A stretch of 47,589 nt of DNA from a virus (Duplodnaviria > Caudoviricetes): positions 1 to 47,589 of IMG/VR virus record IMGVR_UViG_3300022670_000197. One strand, 5' to 3'. Under the pieces are notes generated by a model. That model saw only the letters and a program-made list of their open reading frames with translations. It was not told the origin of the DNA and did not search any database. Below are positions 1-9,726 of the stretch, in pieces (within the stretch, counting starts at the first letter, position 1; the number at the start of each line of letters is the position of its first letter). The translations under genes were made by a program, and so were the position numbers.

Positions 1-144
1 GGTAGGCCAGAGAATACGGCAAATGGAGGCGGCTAGTAAGGTACATGAGGATAGAAAGGCTCTCATGCAATCGGGGTTTTTTTAATAGGGGGGTGAAATG
101 TTCGGAAGTATATTCGGAAGGTCAGCTACTGGAAAAATAATAAG
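1..144 (+). repeat. Terminal direct repeat, left copy (circular-assembly overlap)
   Basis: Identical to 47446-47589; begins inside a zinc-finger ORF, so probably an assembly overlap rather than a physical end. Confidence 0.95.
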
Positions 145-451
145 AGAGGCTGGTGAGGATAAGCGGCGGCAATCAGCTGAGGCGCGGCGGGCATATAATG
201 AATTAAATGAATTAAGTCAAGCGCGGATTGTTGGTAATTATCCAGATCCTTTTCAGCAGCAGATACTAGCAATGCAGCAGCGTTTAGAGGTAGTAGAGCA
301 TGCAAACCACATTCTAAAATTGCGCGTAAAAGAATTAGAAGAAGTTGACAGCTCGGATAAGGAAAAGGAGCGGCTCAAAGGCCATAATAAAAAGCTTGTT
401 GAGCGTATTAATGCATTGGAAAATAGGGGGAAGAGTGGTAGGGAGAGCTAA
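98..451 (+). CDS. Hypothetical coiled-coil protein
   Basis: ORF with GGGGTG RBS; heptad-like C-terminus. Confidence 0.7.
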   Translation: MFGSIFGRSATGKIIREAGEDKRRQSAEARRAYNELNELSQARIVGNYPDPFQQQILAMQQRLEVVEHANHILKLRVKELEEVDSSDKEKERLKGHNKKLVERINALENRGKSGRES

Positions 452-812
452 AATACTACCATGCCCGTTTTGCGGAGGTGAGGCAAGATCAGTCAGTACT
501 ACATATGGGAACGGCGATATGGTGGAGTGCCAATTGTGTGCAGCATCAGGCCCGCCGGTAATGTACGGGGGGGATGAGTCGGGAGAATATACGTCGCGAT
601 ATTATAACCAGGCTGTTAGCTCTTGGAACGCCCGAGTAAATAAAGTTAAGCGGTGCGAGGAGGCTTTGAAGGCTATAATTGCAACAGGGGATAAAGTTAG
701 TATGATAAAGACAGCCCGTAACGCATTAAAGGGGGGAGATGTTTACACAAAAGAGGAGATAGATGCGGCTGACAAGGAAGCTGAGAAATTTAAGGCTATT
801 AAATGGGATTAA
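435..812 (+). CDS. Lar-like (restriction alleviation family) zinc-finger protein
   Basis: ILPCPFCGG..VECQLCAASGP..AVSSWNAR; likely GTG start at 435. Confidence 0.75.
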   Translation: MVGRAKILPCPFCGGEARSVSTTYGNGDMVECQLCAASGPPVMYGGDESGEYTSRYYNQAVSSWNARVNKVKRCEEALKAIIATGDKVSMIKTARNALKGGDVYTKEEIDAADKEAEKFKAIKWD

Positions 813-830
813 ACTTCAAAAGGAGGAAGA

Positions 831-998
831 GTGACAGAGGAGGAGTATATTGCTGTAACGGATTTGGATAAAATACGTACTGCTTTAAAGATATTACAAA
901 ATGTGTCGGATCAAGATTTGGAGATGGGTTGTGCTGTCGGGATATTAAGTGAGAAGAGGAAGAAATTAAATAACAAGGTAAGAGCCTTGATGGATTAA
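831..998 (+). CDS. Hypothetical 55-aa protein (not in ORF track)
   Basis: AGGAGG RBS, GTG start, MTEEEYIAVTDLDKIRTALKILQ... Confidence 0.65.
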   Translation: MTEEEYIAVTDLDKIRTALKILQNVSDQDLEMGCAVGILSEKRKKLNNKVRALMD

Positions 999-1014
999 GT
1001 AACGCAAGCAAAAG

Positions 1015-1043
1015 TTGACAATCCCCCCATATAATAATACCTT
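1015..1043 (+). promoter_or_regulatory. Putative sigma70 promoter
   Basis: TTGACA-17nt-TACCTT in an intergenic gap. Confidence 0.45.
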
Positions 1044-1069
1044 ACCTATGTATCATATATAAGGCGGTT

Positions 1070-1543
1070 ATGGATAAAGCGGTTAAACATGGTGATCTAG
1101 GCACACCAGAGCGACACAACCGTAAGGAATTAGTTAAAGAAGTCGTAGATAAGCAGTTAATCGCCAGGGTAAAAACAGTTCCCCCGCTTGATAATTATTA
1201 CAATAGAAACCAAATTGATGCAGCTCAACGGGATGCTGGTAAAAAGCTATACAATAGTTGGGTTGTGGGCTCGAAAGGTTTTCACAGTTGCGAATATCGG
1301 CAGCCTGTGGATGGCGGTGGGAAAGAGTTGGGCATGACGGAGGCTGTAGTCCAAGCCAGGCGGAATTATGATATAGGTATTAATGCAATCAAGACCGAAT
1401 ATCAAAAAAAGATTGTAGATGATGTTTGTGTTGAGGAAGTATATATCTCCGATATGTCGAGGCGTTGGAGGGTTAAGCTGAAGTTAAAGGCGGAGTTAAA
1501 GGCGGCTTTGTCGGATATGGCTAGGGCTTATGGGTTTTTGTAA
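1070..1543 (+). CDS. DUF6456-like / Q-position late regulator
   Basis: PLDNYYNRNQIDAAQRDAG..VDGGG..C-terminal helices ending LSDMARAYG; lies just upstream of the late promoter and packaging genes. Confidence 0.55.
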   Translation: MDKAVKHGDLGTPERHNRKELVKEVVDKQLIARVKTVPPLDNYYNRNQIDAAQRDAGKKLYNSWVVGSKGFHSCEYRQPVDGGGKELGMTEAVVQARRNYDIGINAIKTEYQKKIVDDVCVEEVYISDMSRRWRVKLKLKAELKAALSDMARAYGFL

Positions 1544-1566
1544 ACTCAAAGCAACAGTTGAATAAC

Positions 1567-1595
1567 TTGACACCAGTGTGCGTAAATAGTAGTAT
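1567..1595 (+). promoter_or_regulatory. Putative late (pR'-like) promoter
   Basis: TTGACA-17nt-TAGTAT directly after the Q-position gene. Confidence 0.6.
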
Positions 1596-1613
1596 TATAT
1601 TAATAATGGAGGG

Positions 1614-1916
1614 GTGACGATAATGAATGAGATTGAATTAATAGTTGAGCATAGGCGCGGAGTTTATACGAAGGTAATACGCATAGAAGATGATTACGAC
1701 GCGCAGGGGGTATATAAAGCTATTACTGAGAGGGGTGAGCCTGGTATCGGGGAGGATGTCAAATTTACTGCTGAGGGTGTGAGTTATTTCTACAAATTTG
1801 ATTCCATCGTGTCGGCTATTTTAACGCCCAGTGGGGTTGTGGAGTTGCGTGAGGTGGAAGGTCAGCGCCGAGCTTTCCTGGGTAGTGGTATTGCTGTTAA
1901 GACGGGATTGGATTAA
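1614..1916 (+). CDS. Hypothetical protein
   Basis: ORF with GGAGG RBS. Confidence 0.65.
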   Translation: MTIMNEIELIVEHRRGVYTKVIRIEDDYDAQGVYKAITERGEPGIGEDVKFTAEGVSYFYKFDSIVSAILTPSGVVELREVEGQRRAFLGSGIAVKTGLD

Positions 1917-2066
1917 ATGGCCGTACGTGATTGCCTCATACATATAGAGTTAACGATTGCGGTGGTTATAGTCGCTATAATGTGTTGGTTTGTAGGTTTC
2001 GCTATTTGGGACTCACTAGTTGAGGGGGTGGTACGCGACCTTGTTAAGGCGGAATGTATTAAATGA
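1917..2066 (+). CDS. Small single-TM membrane protein (not in ORF track)
   Basis: MAVRDCLIHIELTIAVVIVAIMCWFVGFAIWD...; abuts upstream stop and overlaps downstream start. Confidence 0.55.
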   Translation: MAVRDCLIHIELTIAVVIVAIMCWFVGFAIWDSLVEGVVRDLVKAECIK

Positions 2067-2401
2067 CTAACCAATCATTAAACAGCCTAATCGCAATAGC
2101 AAATGAGCTGGATTTATATTATCCGTCAATCCGGGAAAGCTATAACCAGATAATAAAAAGAATCAAAGCTGAGATTAGCGCCATTCTGGAAAAAGATAAC
2201 AGGCCGGAAATAGAGATTACGCATTTGTCGTACATTAGCCCTAATGTCAGTAATAAGAATAATCATCTTGAGCAGTTTAATCTGTTGAGGATGTTTGTTG
2301 GTAGGCTGGTTGGGAGTTATGGCGGTAAGTGGGGTTATGAGAATTATCAGGCTGTGGCTATGGTTCCTACTGATGAGGGATGGGAAATAGTGGATGAGTG
2401 A
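2063..2401 (+). CDS. Hypothetical protein
   Basis: Coupled ORF. Confidence 0.65.
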   Translation: MTNQSLNSLIAIANELDLYYPSIRESYNQIIKRIKAEISAILEKDNRPEIEITHLSYISPNVSNKNNHLEQFNLLRMFVGRLVGSYGGKWGYENYQAVAMVPTDEGWEIVDE

Positions 2402-2669
2402 GGAGATAGAAGGGATTTTGGACCGATACCGCTTGAGTGAGAAAGCTCTGGCTATGGCAGACGAGGAGGTGGAAGAGCTTCGGGTATATAGTCTCTATAG
2501 GTATAACCTTTCTAAGGATTTCCCCGCTCCATATAAGCCTTGCATGGAGGACGCCGCAGGAACGATGGAGAACTTGTTGGTCTATATTAGGGCACTTGAG
2601 GGGCGGTTGCGGGATTTGCAGAAGCGCCTAAGGCAAAAAGATGATGGCGGCCAAACTAACACCGGATAA
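2394..2669 (+). CDS. Hypothetical protein
   Basis: Coupled ORF. Confidence 0.65.
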   Translation: MSEEIEGILDRYRLSEKALAMADEEVEELRVYSLYRYNLSKDFPAPYKPCMEDAAGTMENLLVYIRALEGRLRDLQKRLRQKDDGGQTNTG

Positions 2670-2683
2670 TAGATTGGACGATA

Positions 2684-3058
2684 ATGATGGGTCTATATGA
2701 TTACATAGAGTGTGAATATCCTTTACCTGGTAAGGAGATAGATCATAGTTCGGAGTTTCAGACTAAGAGCCTTTGTTTTGATGTAAATGGGGAAAGGGTG
2801 CCGTGGTTAAAGTATGCAACAACCTCCTGCGAGAAATATAAGATAAGCAAATGTGGTCGTTTTCAAAAGAGATCAAGAGGTATCAAGAATCGCCAACTGC
2901 ATGTGCCGTATGATCCGCAAGGCCTGTGTTTTGAAAATATGCCAATTACCGGACGAATATTATTTTATAATGAGGGGTACACATACGAGGCTTTTTTTGT
3001 AGATGGTAAAATAAAAAATCTCGTGAGCGTGGACGGGGATGATGCGGATTGTGCGTAG
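2684..3058 (+). CDS. Conserved phage hypothetical protein
   Basis: MGLYDYIECEYPLP..FQTKSL..YEAFFVDGK pattern typical of a widespread phage family. Confidence 0.7.
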   Translation: MMGLYDYIECEYPLPGKEIDHSSEFQTKSLCFDVNGERVPWLKYATTSCEKYKISKCGRFQKRSRGIKNRQLHVPYDPQGLCFENMPITGRILFYNEGYTYEAFFVDGKIKNLVSVDGDDADCA

Positions 3059-3072
3059 GTTGATAGGTAGTT

Positions 3073-3324
3073 ATGAATAAGTGTATAGTCATTGGGCTTA
3101 TTGTTATGATTAATGTAGCTATAGGTGCTCACATGTATATCGGTCATGGGGATGTGAAGGATAGGCTGGAACGGCTGGAGAAAAAAGAGATGAAAGTTGA
3201 GAAAAATGCACAAGGTGGATATACTTTTATCTTTGATAACCCTGATGAAGATAAAATCGAGCATGTGAATATGTTTGAGTTTTTAAAAAGATATATGCCG
3301 CTAGAGGAAAGTAATGAAACCTAA
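3073..3324 (+). CDS. Hypothetical protein with N-terminal TM segment
   Basis: Hydrophobic N-terminus; overlaps terS. Confidence 0.6.
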   Translation: MNKCIVIGLIVMINVAIGAHMYIGHGDVKDRLERLEKKEMKVEKNAQGGYTFIFDNPDEDKIEHVNMFEFLKRYMPLEESNET

Positions 3325-3718
3325 GCTAACACCAAAGCAAGCAAAGTTCGCACAGGTCTATGTAGAGACTAGTAATGCTTCCGAGGCGTATAGGCAGGCT
3401 TATAATGCTGAGAATATGAAGATGGAATCTATAAACGTTAATGCCTGTAAGTTGTTGGGTAGCACTAATGTAGCGCAAAGGGTGCAACAGTTATATGACG
3501 AGAGTAAGAAAAGACACGGCTTTACGATAGATCAAGCAGTAGAAGAATATGATGAAGCGCGGGCAATTGCGAAGGAAGAAAAGCAAACAGCGTCCATGAT
3601 TAGCGCGACAAAGAATAAATGTGACTTATTCGGATTGGATGCGCCTAAGAAGGTGAATATCGAAGGGTCGTTTGGTGATTGGTTAGCGGGGCTGGGTGAT
3701 GAGAAAGCGGAGGTCTAA
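3314..3718 (+). CDS. terS: Terminase small subunit
   Basis: KLTPKQAKFAQVYVETSNASEAYRQAY HTH signature. Confidence 0.9.
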   Translation: MKPKLTPKQAKFAQVYVETSNASEAYRQAYNAENMKMESINVNACKLLGSTNVAQRVQQLYDESKKRHGFTIDQAVEEYDEARAIAKEEKQTASMISATKNKCDLFGLDAPKKVNIEGSFGDWLAGLGDEKAEV

Positions 3719-3733
3719 CATGGGGAGCCAGAA

Positions 3734-3970
3734 ATGAGAAAATCCTTAAGCCAATTGTTGGGATGTTGCGGTAATACCAGGCGAGTTTTTGTACATAGTA
3801 GTGTGCCGTGGTATGATAGGCCTACTATACATGGTTCAAAGTTATATGATGCGTTATTGAGTGAGGTTGCGCCTTTAGCTAAAAGATTGGGGTTAATTGT
3901 AGAGCCGTACACTAATAAGTGCGGTACTGATTACTGGAGGTTTAGAGCGGATACAAGTGATTATGGATAA
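3734..3970 (+). CDS. Hypothetical protein (moron between terminase genes)
   Basis: ORF with GGGGAG RBS. Confidence 0.55.
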   Translation: MRKSLSQLLGCCGNTRRVFVHSSVPWYDRPTIHGSKLYDALLSEVAPLAKRLGLIVEPYTNKCGTDYWRFRADTSDYG

Positions 3971-4172
3971 GGCGCTTGTTATAGAGCAGGTTGCAGTAAT
4001 TAAGAATTATGAGGATTATCATAGACAAGGCCTCCCTCTCAATCCTAATTATACGCTGATTGGGGAGTTGTTGAAGGAGCAGCAGGAGTATATTGCTGAA
4101 CTTGAGTTGGAGCTGCAGAAAGCCTTGTTACAGAATGGGAATAAGACCGATACAAAGCCGTCCGATAATTAA
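3957..4172 (+). CDS. Hypothetical protein
   Basis: Coupled ORF. Confidence 0.55.
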   Translation: MIMDKALVIEQVAVIKNYEDYHRQGLPLNPNYTLIGELLKEQQEYIAELELELQKALLQNGNKTDTKPSDN

Positions 4173-4268
4173 TAATAAGTACCACCTTCCCACGGGGTGG
4201 AGACCGAGAACTAGAAGAAATCACTGGAAAAGTGTAACATATGGACGAGATTAGCACTAAAGCAGGAA

Positions 4269-4649
4269 TTGATGAGTATGAGTGATGATTGTAAAATAGA
4301 ATATCGGGCGTTTAGTTATGCTTGTATGGTTATGGCTAAAAGGGAATTCAAAGAGACTTTTGATCAGGAATGCACCGGAGATTGTTTAGACGATGTGTGT
4401 AAAATAGTCTGTGATTGCTCTAATGATGGTTACACCGCCTGGTTAGAAGATCATACAGGTAAGTTTGATGAGGTTACCCGGGATATAATAACCGAGTATA
4501 TAAAGCGCCTTAATTTCCCGCCTTCGACCAAAGAAAGCTACGAGCGTATTACGGAACTAGACAAGCTTGTAAGTAATATTTGTTGCCGGATAGGTTGTGA
4601 ACAAGATGAAATTATAGAGCGACTTAAGGAGTTATTGAAGGATGAATGA
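4269..4649 (+). CDS. Hypothetical Cys-rich protein
   Basis: ORF. Confidence 0.6.
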   Translation: MMSMSDDCKIEYRAFSYACMVMAKREFKETFDQECTGDCLDDVCKIVCDCSNDGYTAWLEDHTGKFDEVTRDIITEYIKRLNFPPSTKESYERITELDKLVSNICCRIGCEQDEIIERLKELLKDE

Positions 4650-4767
4650 GAAGTGTGAAATTACGGCAATACAGGCTATAGATTTTTTGGCGAGGCATCC
4701 GCTTTGTCAGCGTGCCTTAGAATATTGGTATTTACAATATAAGGCACAGCAAGAGGAAGATTGCTAA
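4642..4767 (+). CDS. Hypothetical 41-aa protein (not in ORF track)
   Basis: MNEKCEITAIQAIDFLARHPLCQ...; overlaps upstream stop and the terL start. Confidence 0.45.
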   Translation: MNEKCEITAIQAIDFLARHPLCQRALEYWYLQYKAQQEEDC

Positions 4768-6293
4768 ACCAGAACTGGCTTAAAAAGCCCAAGAATGAGC
4801 GAGAGTTTAAAATATTAGCTTCCGATAAGATGTGGAGGCTGCATAATTTATACTACATCGTAAATGAGCAGGGTCAGAAATTACTATTTAGGCCACGAAC
4901 AGCGCAATTGCAGTTTTTGATAGAACGGCATGGCTTTGATATTATCCTGAAAGCTCGGCAATTGGGGTTCTCGACTATAATCCAGCTTGATATGTTGGAT
5001 GACTGTTTGTTCAATGGAAATAAGAATGCTGGTATTATTGCGCAGTCCATGAAGGATGCTGAGGAAATATTTGCTACAAAGCTGAAGTTTCCGTATGATA
5101 ATTTCCCCGGCTTTCTGAAAGAATTCATTTATCCGATTAGGGACAGTAGAACAGAAATAGAATTTAACAACGGCTCGAAGATTCGGGTAGGTGTGTCAAT
5201 GAGATCGAGTACGTTGACAAATCTACATGTATCTGAGCACGGCAAGATTTGCGCTAAAGACCCAGCGAGGGCGAAGGAGATAAAGACTGGCTCGTTGAAT
5301 ACGGTGCATATTGGACAGAAGATAACCATTGAGTCCACAGCTGAGGGGCGTGAGGGTGATTTCTTCGAGCTTTGTAAAAAGGCTCAAGGATTAAATAAAC
5401 ATTCAGCATTGGATTTTAAGTTCCATTTCTACCCATGGTATCAGAACCCGGGTTATGTAATGGATGAGGATGTTGTAATCCCTGCTGAATTAGATGAATA
5501 TTTCGATAAGCTGGAAGTAGAGCTAGATGTTCAGATAAGCAGGCAGCAACGAAACTGGTACACTAAGAAAGAGGCATTGTTGACTGATTCGATGAAGCAA
5601 GAATTTCCATCTACGCCGAAGGAAGCGTTTGAGCAGGCAATAGATGGTGCATATTTCTCAAGGCAAATGTCTGACGCTCGGAAAGAGCGGAGAATTGGCT
5701 TTGTTCCGCATAATCCGTCGATTCCGGTAAATACGTTCTGGGATATAGGAATAAATGACGCGTGTGCTATTTGGCTCCACCAACGGGATGAGAGGCAAGA
5801 TAATTTTATTGGTTATTACGAAAACAGCGGGGAGAATTTTCCGCATTATGTTAAGTGGTTACAGGAAACGGGTTATAATTTTAGGGGTCACTATCTACCC
5901 CATGACGCAAATAACAAGAGCTTCAGAGTTGCAGGGTCAACAATGGACGATGCGTATAAGCTGCTTACTGGTGAGGTTTATTTAGTTCCTCGGGTGAAAT
6001 CCAAGCTTGACGCTATCAATGCTGTACGGGCTAGATTCCATACGGTATTTATCTCGGAGCAGAATTGCGCTCAGGGTATAGCTCACCTGGATAATTACAA
6101 GAAAGAATGGAATGACCATCTTGGAGTATGGCGCAATACACCACGCCATGACGCAGCATCGCATGGAGCGGATGCATTTCAGACTTGGGCGACTGGTTAT
6201 GATGCCAGAGTTGAGAGTGAATATTATGCTGAGGATGACCAGTATTACGATGAGTCTGAAGAAGTTGATCATGATAGTGTGACGGGGTATTGA
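4761..6293 (+). CDS. terL: Terminase large subunit
   Basis: ILKARQLGFST Walker A, LHVSEHG Walker B, ESTAEG coupling motif, WDIG and SHGADAF nuclease motifs; TTG start. Confidence 0.95.
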   Translation: MLNQNWLKKPKNEREFKILASDKMWRLHNLYYIVNEQGQKLLFRPRTAQLQFLIERHGFDIILKARQLGFSTIIQLDMLDDCLFNGNKNAGIIAQSMKDAEEIFATKLKFPYDNFPGFLKEFIYPIRDSRTEIEFNNGSKIRVGVSMRSSTLTNLHVSEHGKICAKDPARAKEIKTGSLNTVHIGQKITIESTAEGREGDFFELCKKAQGLNKHSALDFKFHFYPWYQNPGYVMDEDVVIPAELDEYFDKLEVELDVQISRQQRNWYTKKEALLTDSMKQEFPSTPKEAFEQAIDGAYFSRQMSDARKERRIGFVPHNPSIPVNTFWDIGINDACAIWLHQRDERQDNFIGYYENSGENFPHYVKWLQETGYNFRGHYLPHDANNKSFRVAGSTMDDAYKLLTGEVYLVPRVKSKLDAINAVRARFHTVFISEQNCAQGIAHLDNYKKEWNDHLGVWRNTPRHDAASHGADAFQTWATGYDARVESEYYAEDDQYYDESEEVDHDSVTGY

Positions 6294-6541
6294 TGGAAAG
6301 AAAAACATACGGACATCCTATTGTTATGATAGATGGTATCGAAGTGCATTATATCGATGGTGAATGTGTAAGTGATGAACCATTGACGGAGATGCAAAAG
6401 GATGAGGCGGTCAAGTGGTTTACTGATATGCGCAAGGGAATGGATCATTGGTGCGATATAATAGAGGCTGGTATAATTGAACGTAGAAAAGAACAACATG
6501 CTAACTTAAAAGTTTATAGCAACGAATACGCAACAAAATAA
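6290..6541 (+). CDS. Hypothetical protein
   Basis: Coupled to terL. Confidence 0.6.
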   Translation: MMERKTYGHPIVMIDGIEVHYIDGECVSDEPLTEMQKDEAVKWFTDMRKGMDHWCDIIEAGIIERRKEQHANLKVYSNEYATK

Positions 6542-6553
6542 CAAAAGGAATAA

Positions 6554-9142
6554 ATGCAACAAAAACAAGACGGAGATTTCCGTCAACCAGATACCTATGA
6601 GTACGAGGAAGTAAAAAAGGACGACAATATAGATGCGTCTTTAGATATCCTGAAACTGATAGATATGCCAAATGTTGCAGAGGAACTGGAAGAAGAGCAG
6701 CTTTTATCTATAGCCAATCAGGTAATAGAGGGCTACGAGATTGACAAAGATTCTCGCTCTCATCGTGAGACGCAGATGAAAGAGGCTATGGATATGGCCT
6801 TGAATATAGCGCAAGAGAAGAATTTCCCATGGCCTAAGGCTGCTAATGTTATATTCCCCCTGATTTCCAACGCTTCAATTACGTTTGCAGCTCGGGCATA
6901 TCCGGCGATTGTAAAAGATGGTGAGGTTGTGGCTGCTAAAGTTATCGGTAGTGATGAGGGCGTTCCTGTACTTGATGTGGAAACTGGCGACCCTATTACT
7001 GACCCTGAAACGGTACAACCAATGCAGGATCCTGAAACTGGGGAGACTGTACCAGATTTGAGTAATGCACAGCCAATGTGGCAAGTAGAGCCTGGGGCGA
7101 AGGAGAAGCGGGGCAAGCGCGTTGCTGAATATATGAACTACCAATATTCCGAAATTATGGAAGAGTGGGAGGAGGATACAGATAAGTTACTGAATGCCCT
7201 GCCTGTTGTTGGCAACATGTTCAGGAAGGTATATTGGGATACTGAGGAAGAGCGTATTAAATCTCATTTGGTTTATCCTGCTAATCTGATTATTAATTAC
7301 ACAGCTCGTAGTATGAATGACGCTCCACGCTTATCTGAGGAGAATGAATATTATCCTTACAGAATTGAGGAGAAAATTCGTGCAGGTTTGTGGTTGGACG
7401 GTGATTATATGATTCACACGAGCCAGGAATCAGAAGAGCAATCCCACCGTGAGGAGGAGGCTGATAAGGGGCATCAAGATGAAAACGCACCCCAAGTATT
7501 TGTAGAGCAGTTATGTAGGCTTGATCTAGATGGTGATGGATATGGTGAGCCCTATGTTGTTACGGTACATAAAGGCTCGAAGAAAGTTGTTCGGATAGTT
7601 GCAAATTACCAAGAAGATGGAATTAAATACAGTAGCGGCAAGAAAAAGAAGAAGAAAATAAAACGTATCGTCCCTGAGACTTATTTTATCAAGTATGGAT
7701 TCATACCATCCCCCGATGGTTCTATATATGACATGGGTTTTGGGGAGATGTTGCTAAATCATAACAAGATGATCAACACTACTATCAATCAGATGTTTGA
7801 TGCTGGTACTTTGTCAAATACATCCACCGGTTTAATCGGTCGTGGCCTTCGTATGAAGGGCGGTAATGTCCGTATGAAAATGGGGCAGTTCACACAAGTG
7901 GACTCTCGTGGTGGCCCAATAAAAGATAATTTGGTGCAGATTCAGCATCCTGAGCCGTCAGTTGTTTTATTCCAATTGTTGGGATTGATGATTGATAATG
8001 GCAAGGAAATGGCTTCACTCACAGATGTGTTACAAGGTGAGATGCTGGCTAATCAGTCAGGTATAGCTACATTGGCGATGGTCGAGCAGGGATTAACTGC
8101 GTTTAAGGCTATATACAAGCGGATATCTCGATCTATTAAGAAAGAAATACGTGTTGTTTACAGGTTAAACCAGCTTTATCTTAATGATGATGTGTACGCA
8201 AATGTGCTAGATAGGCCGATGGAGATATCCAGGCTGGACTTTGAGAGTAAGGATTTTGACATACTGCCTATATCTGGCCCACATATGGTCAGTGATATGC
8301 AGCGTTTGGCGCGTGGTCAATATATGGATACATTACGTGGTGATCCGTATATAAATCAGGCTGAATTGTTCGAGCGTATATTTAAGATGGCTAGCATCGA
8401 TGATTACGAGAAGCTTATAACTGAGCCAGATCCTACGCCACAAGATCCAATGATTGAGCTGCAACAGGCAATGACTCAGGTCGAGGGGCTTAAAGCTGAG
8501 ATAAAAGAGAAAGAGCGTCAGGATAAAGCAAATAAAGATATGGCAGATCTCCAGCTTGAGAGGCAGAAAGTAGAGCATAGCTCTATTATTGATACAATGC
8601 AGGCTAAGGCAAAATCTCAGGAATCGCAGCATAAAATAGCCCAAGCATCGCAAGACCTTGATATTAAAATGGTTGAAAGTGACGCCAAGAATGCCAAGAC
8701 TGGGGCAGAAGTGCAGAAAATAGGCGTGCAAGTGCTGGAAATATTATCCAAGATTAGACTGGAAGAGAAGAAGCTAGCAATGGAAATGCAGGCGCAGGCA
8801 AATGATTCCCAAGCTGAGGCAGAGGAAAATGGTAAACGTGATGGCGAAATTGCGGAGATAAAGAAACTATTGGCGGCTATTGGTAGCCAGGAGCAAGTCG
8901 ATATCGGAGCTGCAATTGCGCCATTGGCTGAGGCTATCAAAGGCATGAAGGATGGTGAATCTAACTTCTCGGTGGAGATTCAGGGCATTAAAGATACCAT
9001 CGCTGGACTGGGACAAGGCTCAATGAAAGATATGATTGCACCGATTGCCGAGGCGATAAGCTCGCTGAAAACAACCGATGAAAAGAAAACAATTAGCATA
9101 ACGCGCGACAACAAGGGAAACCTCAAAGGCACAATGGAATAA
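6554..9142 (+). CDS. Portal protein with long C-terminal coiled-coil barrel
   Basis: 862 aa after terL; FPWPKAANV, LDLDGDGYGEPYVVTV, EPSVVLFQLLG motifs; coiled-coil C-terminus. Confidence 0.9.
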   Translation: MQQKQDGDFRQPDTYEYEEVKKDDNIDASLDILKLIDMPNVAEELEEEQLLSIANQVIEGYEIDKDSRSHRETQMKEAMDMALNIAQEKNFPWPKAANVIFPLISNASITFAARAYPAIVKDGEVVAAKVIGSDEGVPVLDVETGDPITDPETVQPMQDPETGETVPDLSNAQPMWQVEPGAKEKRGKRVAEYMNYQYSEIMEEWEEDTDKLLNALPVVGNMFRKVYWDTEEERIKSHLVYPANLIINYTARSMNDAPRLSEENEYYPYRIEEKIRAGLWLDGDYMIHTSQESEEQSHREEEADKGHQDENAPQVFVEQLCRLDLDGDGYGEPYVVTVHKGSKKVVRIVANYQEDGIKYSSGKKKKKKIKRIVPETYFIKYGFIPSPDGSIYDMGFGEMLLNHNKMINTTINQMFDAGTLSNTSTGLIGRGLRMKGGNVRMKMGQFTQVDSRGGPIKDNLVQIQHPEPSVVLFQLLGLMIDNGKEMASLTDVLQGEMLANQSGIATLAMVEQGLTAFKAIYKRISRSIKKEIRVVYRLNQLYLNDDVYANVLDRPMEISRLDFESKDFDILPISGPHMVSDMQRLARGQYMDTLRGDPYINQAELFERIFKMASIDDYEKLITEPDPTPQDPMIELQQAMTQVEGLKAEIKEKERQDKANKDMADLQLERQKVEHSSIIDTMQAKAKSQESQHKIAQASQDLDIKMVESDAKNAKTGAEVQKIGVQVLEILSKIRLEEKKLAMEMQAQANDSQAEAEENGKRDGEIAEIKKLLAAIGSQEQVDIGAAIAPLAEAIKGMKDGESNFSVEIQGIKDTIAGLGQGSMKDMIAPIAEAISSLKTTDEKKTISITRDNKGNLKGTME

Positions 9143-9152
9143 GAGGTAACGT

Positions 9153-9437
9153 ATGGCGTTCCAAACGAATACGTTTCAAAATAACGCCTTTCAGATATGC
9201 GCGGCGACTAACCTACATAAATATAGACTGCCCGATGAGGAATGTCCTGAGGATGAGGAAAAGCAAATCCTTCTCAGGCTCAAGCGGGAAGATGAGGAAG
9301 AAGAACGTGAAATCCTGCTTGAATATAAGCGGCGGGATGAGTTAGACGAGCAGGTCGCGAAGATAGCTCGGAATAAAGAAGAAGAAGATGAGATTATGGA
9401 AGTGCTGGCGGCGTTGCTGCTGGTTAATGAAAGTTGA
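9153..9437 (+). CDS. Small acidic protein with N-terminal FQxNxFQ repeat
   Basis: MAFQTNTFQNNAFQI; GAGG RBS. Confidence 0.7.
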   Translation: MAFQTNTFQNNAFQICAATNLHKYRLPDEECPEDEEKQILLRLKREDEEEEREILLEYKRRDELDEQVAKIARNKEEEDEIMEVLAALLLVNES

Positions 9438-9444
9438 GGAAGAA

Positions 9445-9726
9445 ATGAACAGAGAAGATTTTAGCGCATGGCGTAACCATCCTATTACAGAGCAGGTATT
9501 TAAATACCTCAAGGAGGACGCCGCCGAGTTAGCAAAGAATTTGGCAACTACTAATTTTGGCAACCAGCCATCTGATTTAGTAGCCAGGGAACAGGCACAG
9601 ACATATGGTGTGTGTAAAACTGTAGAGGAGGTGACTGACATTAATTTATATGAAAGCATCAGTAATTTTTATAAGCCAGAGGAAGAAGATGAAGAAATAC
9701 AACAAACAGGGAATACGCCTGATTGA
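9445..9726 (+). CDS. Conserved head-module small protein
   Basis: MNREDFSAWRNHPITEQVF; GAGGA RBS before ATG 9445. Confidence 0.7.
   Translation: MNREDFSAWRNHPITEQVFKYLKEDAAELAKNLATTNFGNQPSDLVAREQAQTYGVCKTVEEVTDINLYESISNFYKPEEEDEEIQQTGNTPD

Noticed and set aside
1-144. Physical terminal repeats of the virion DNA
   Set aside because: The repeat starts mid-ORF, which fits a circular-assembly overlap; read-end data would be needed to claim real termini
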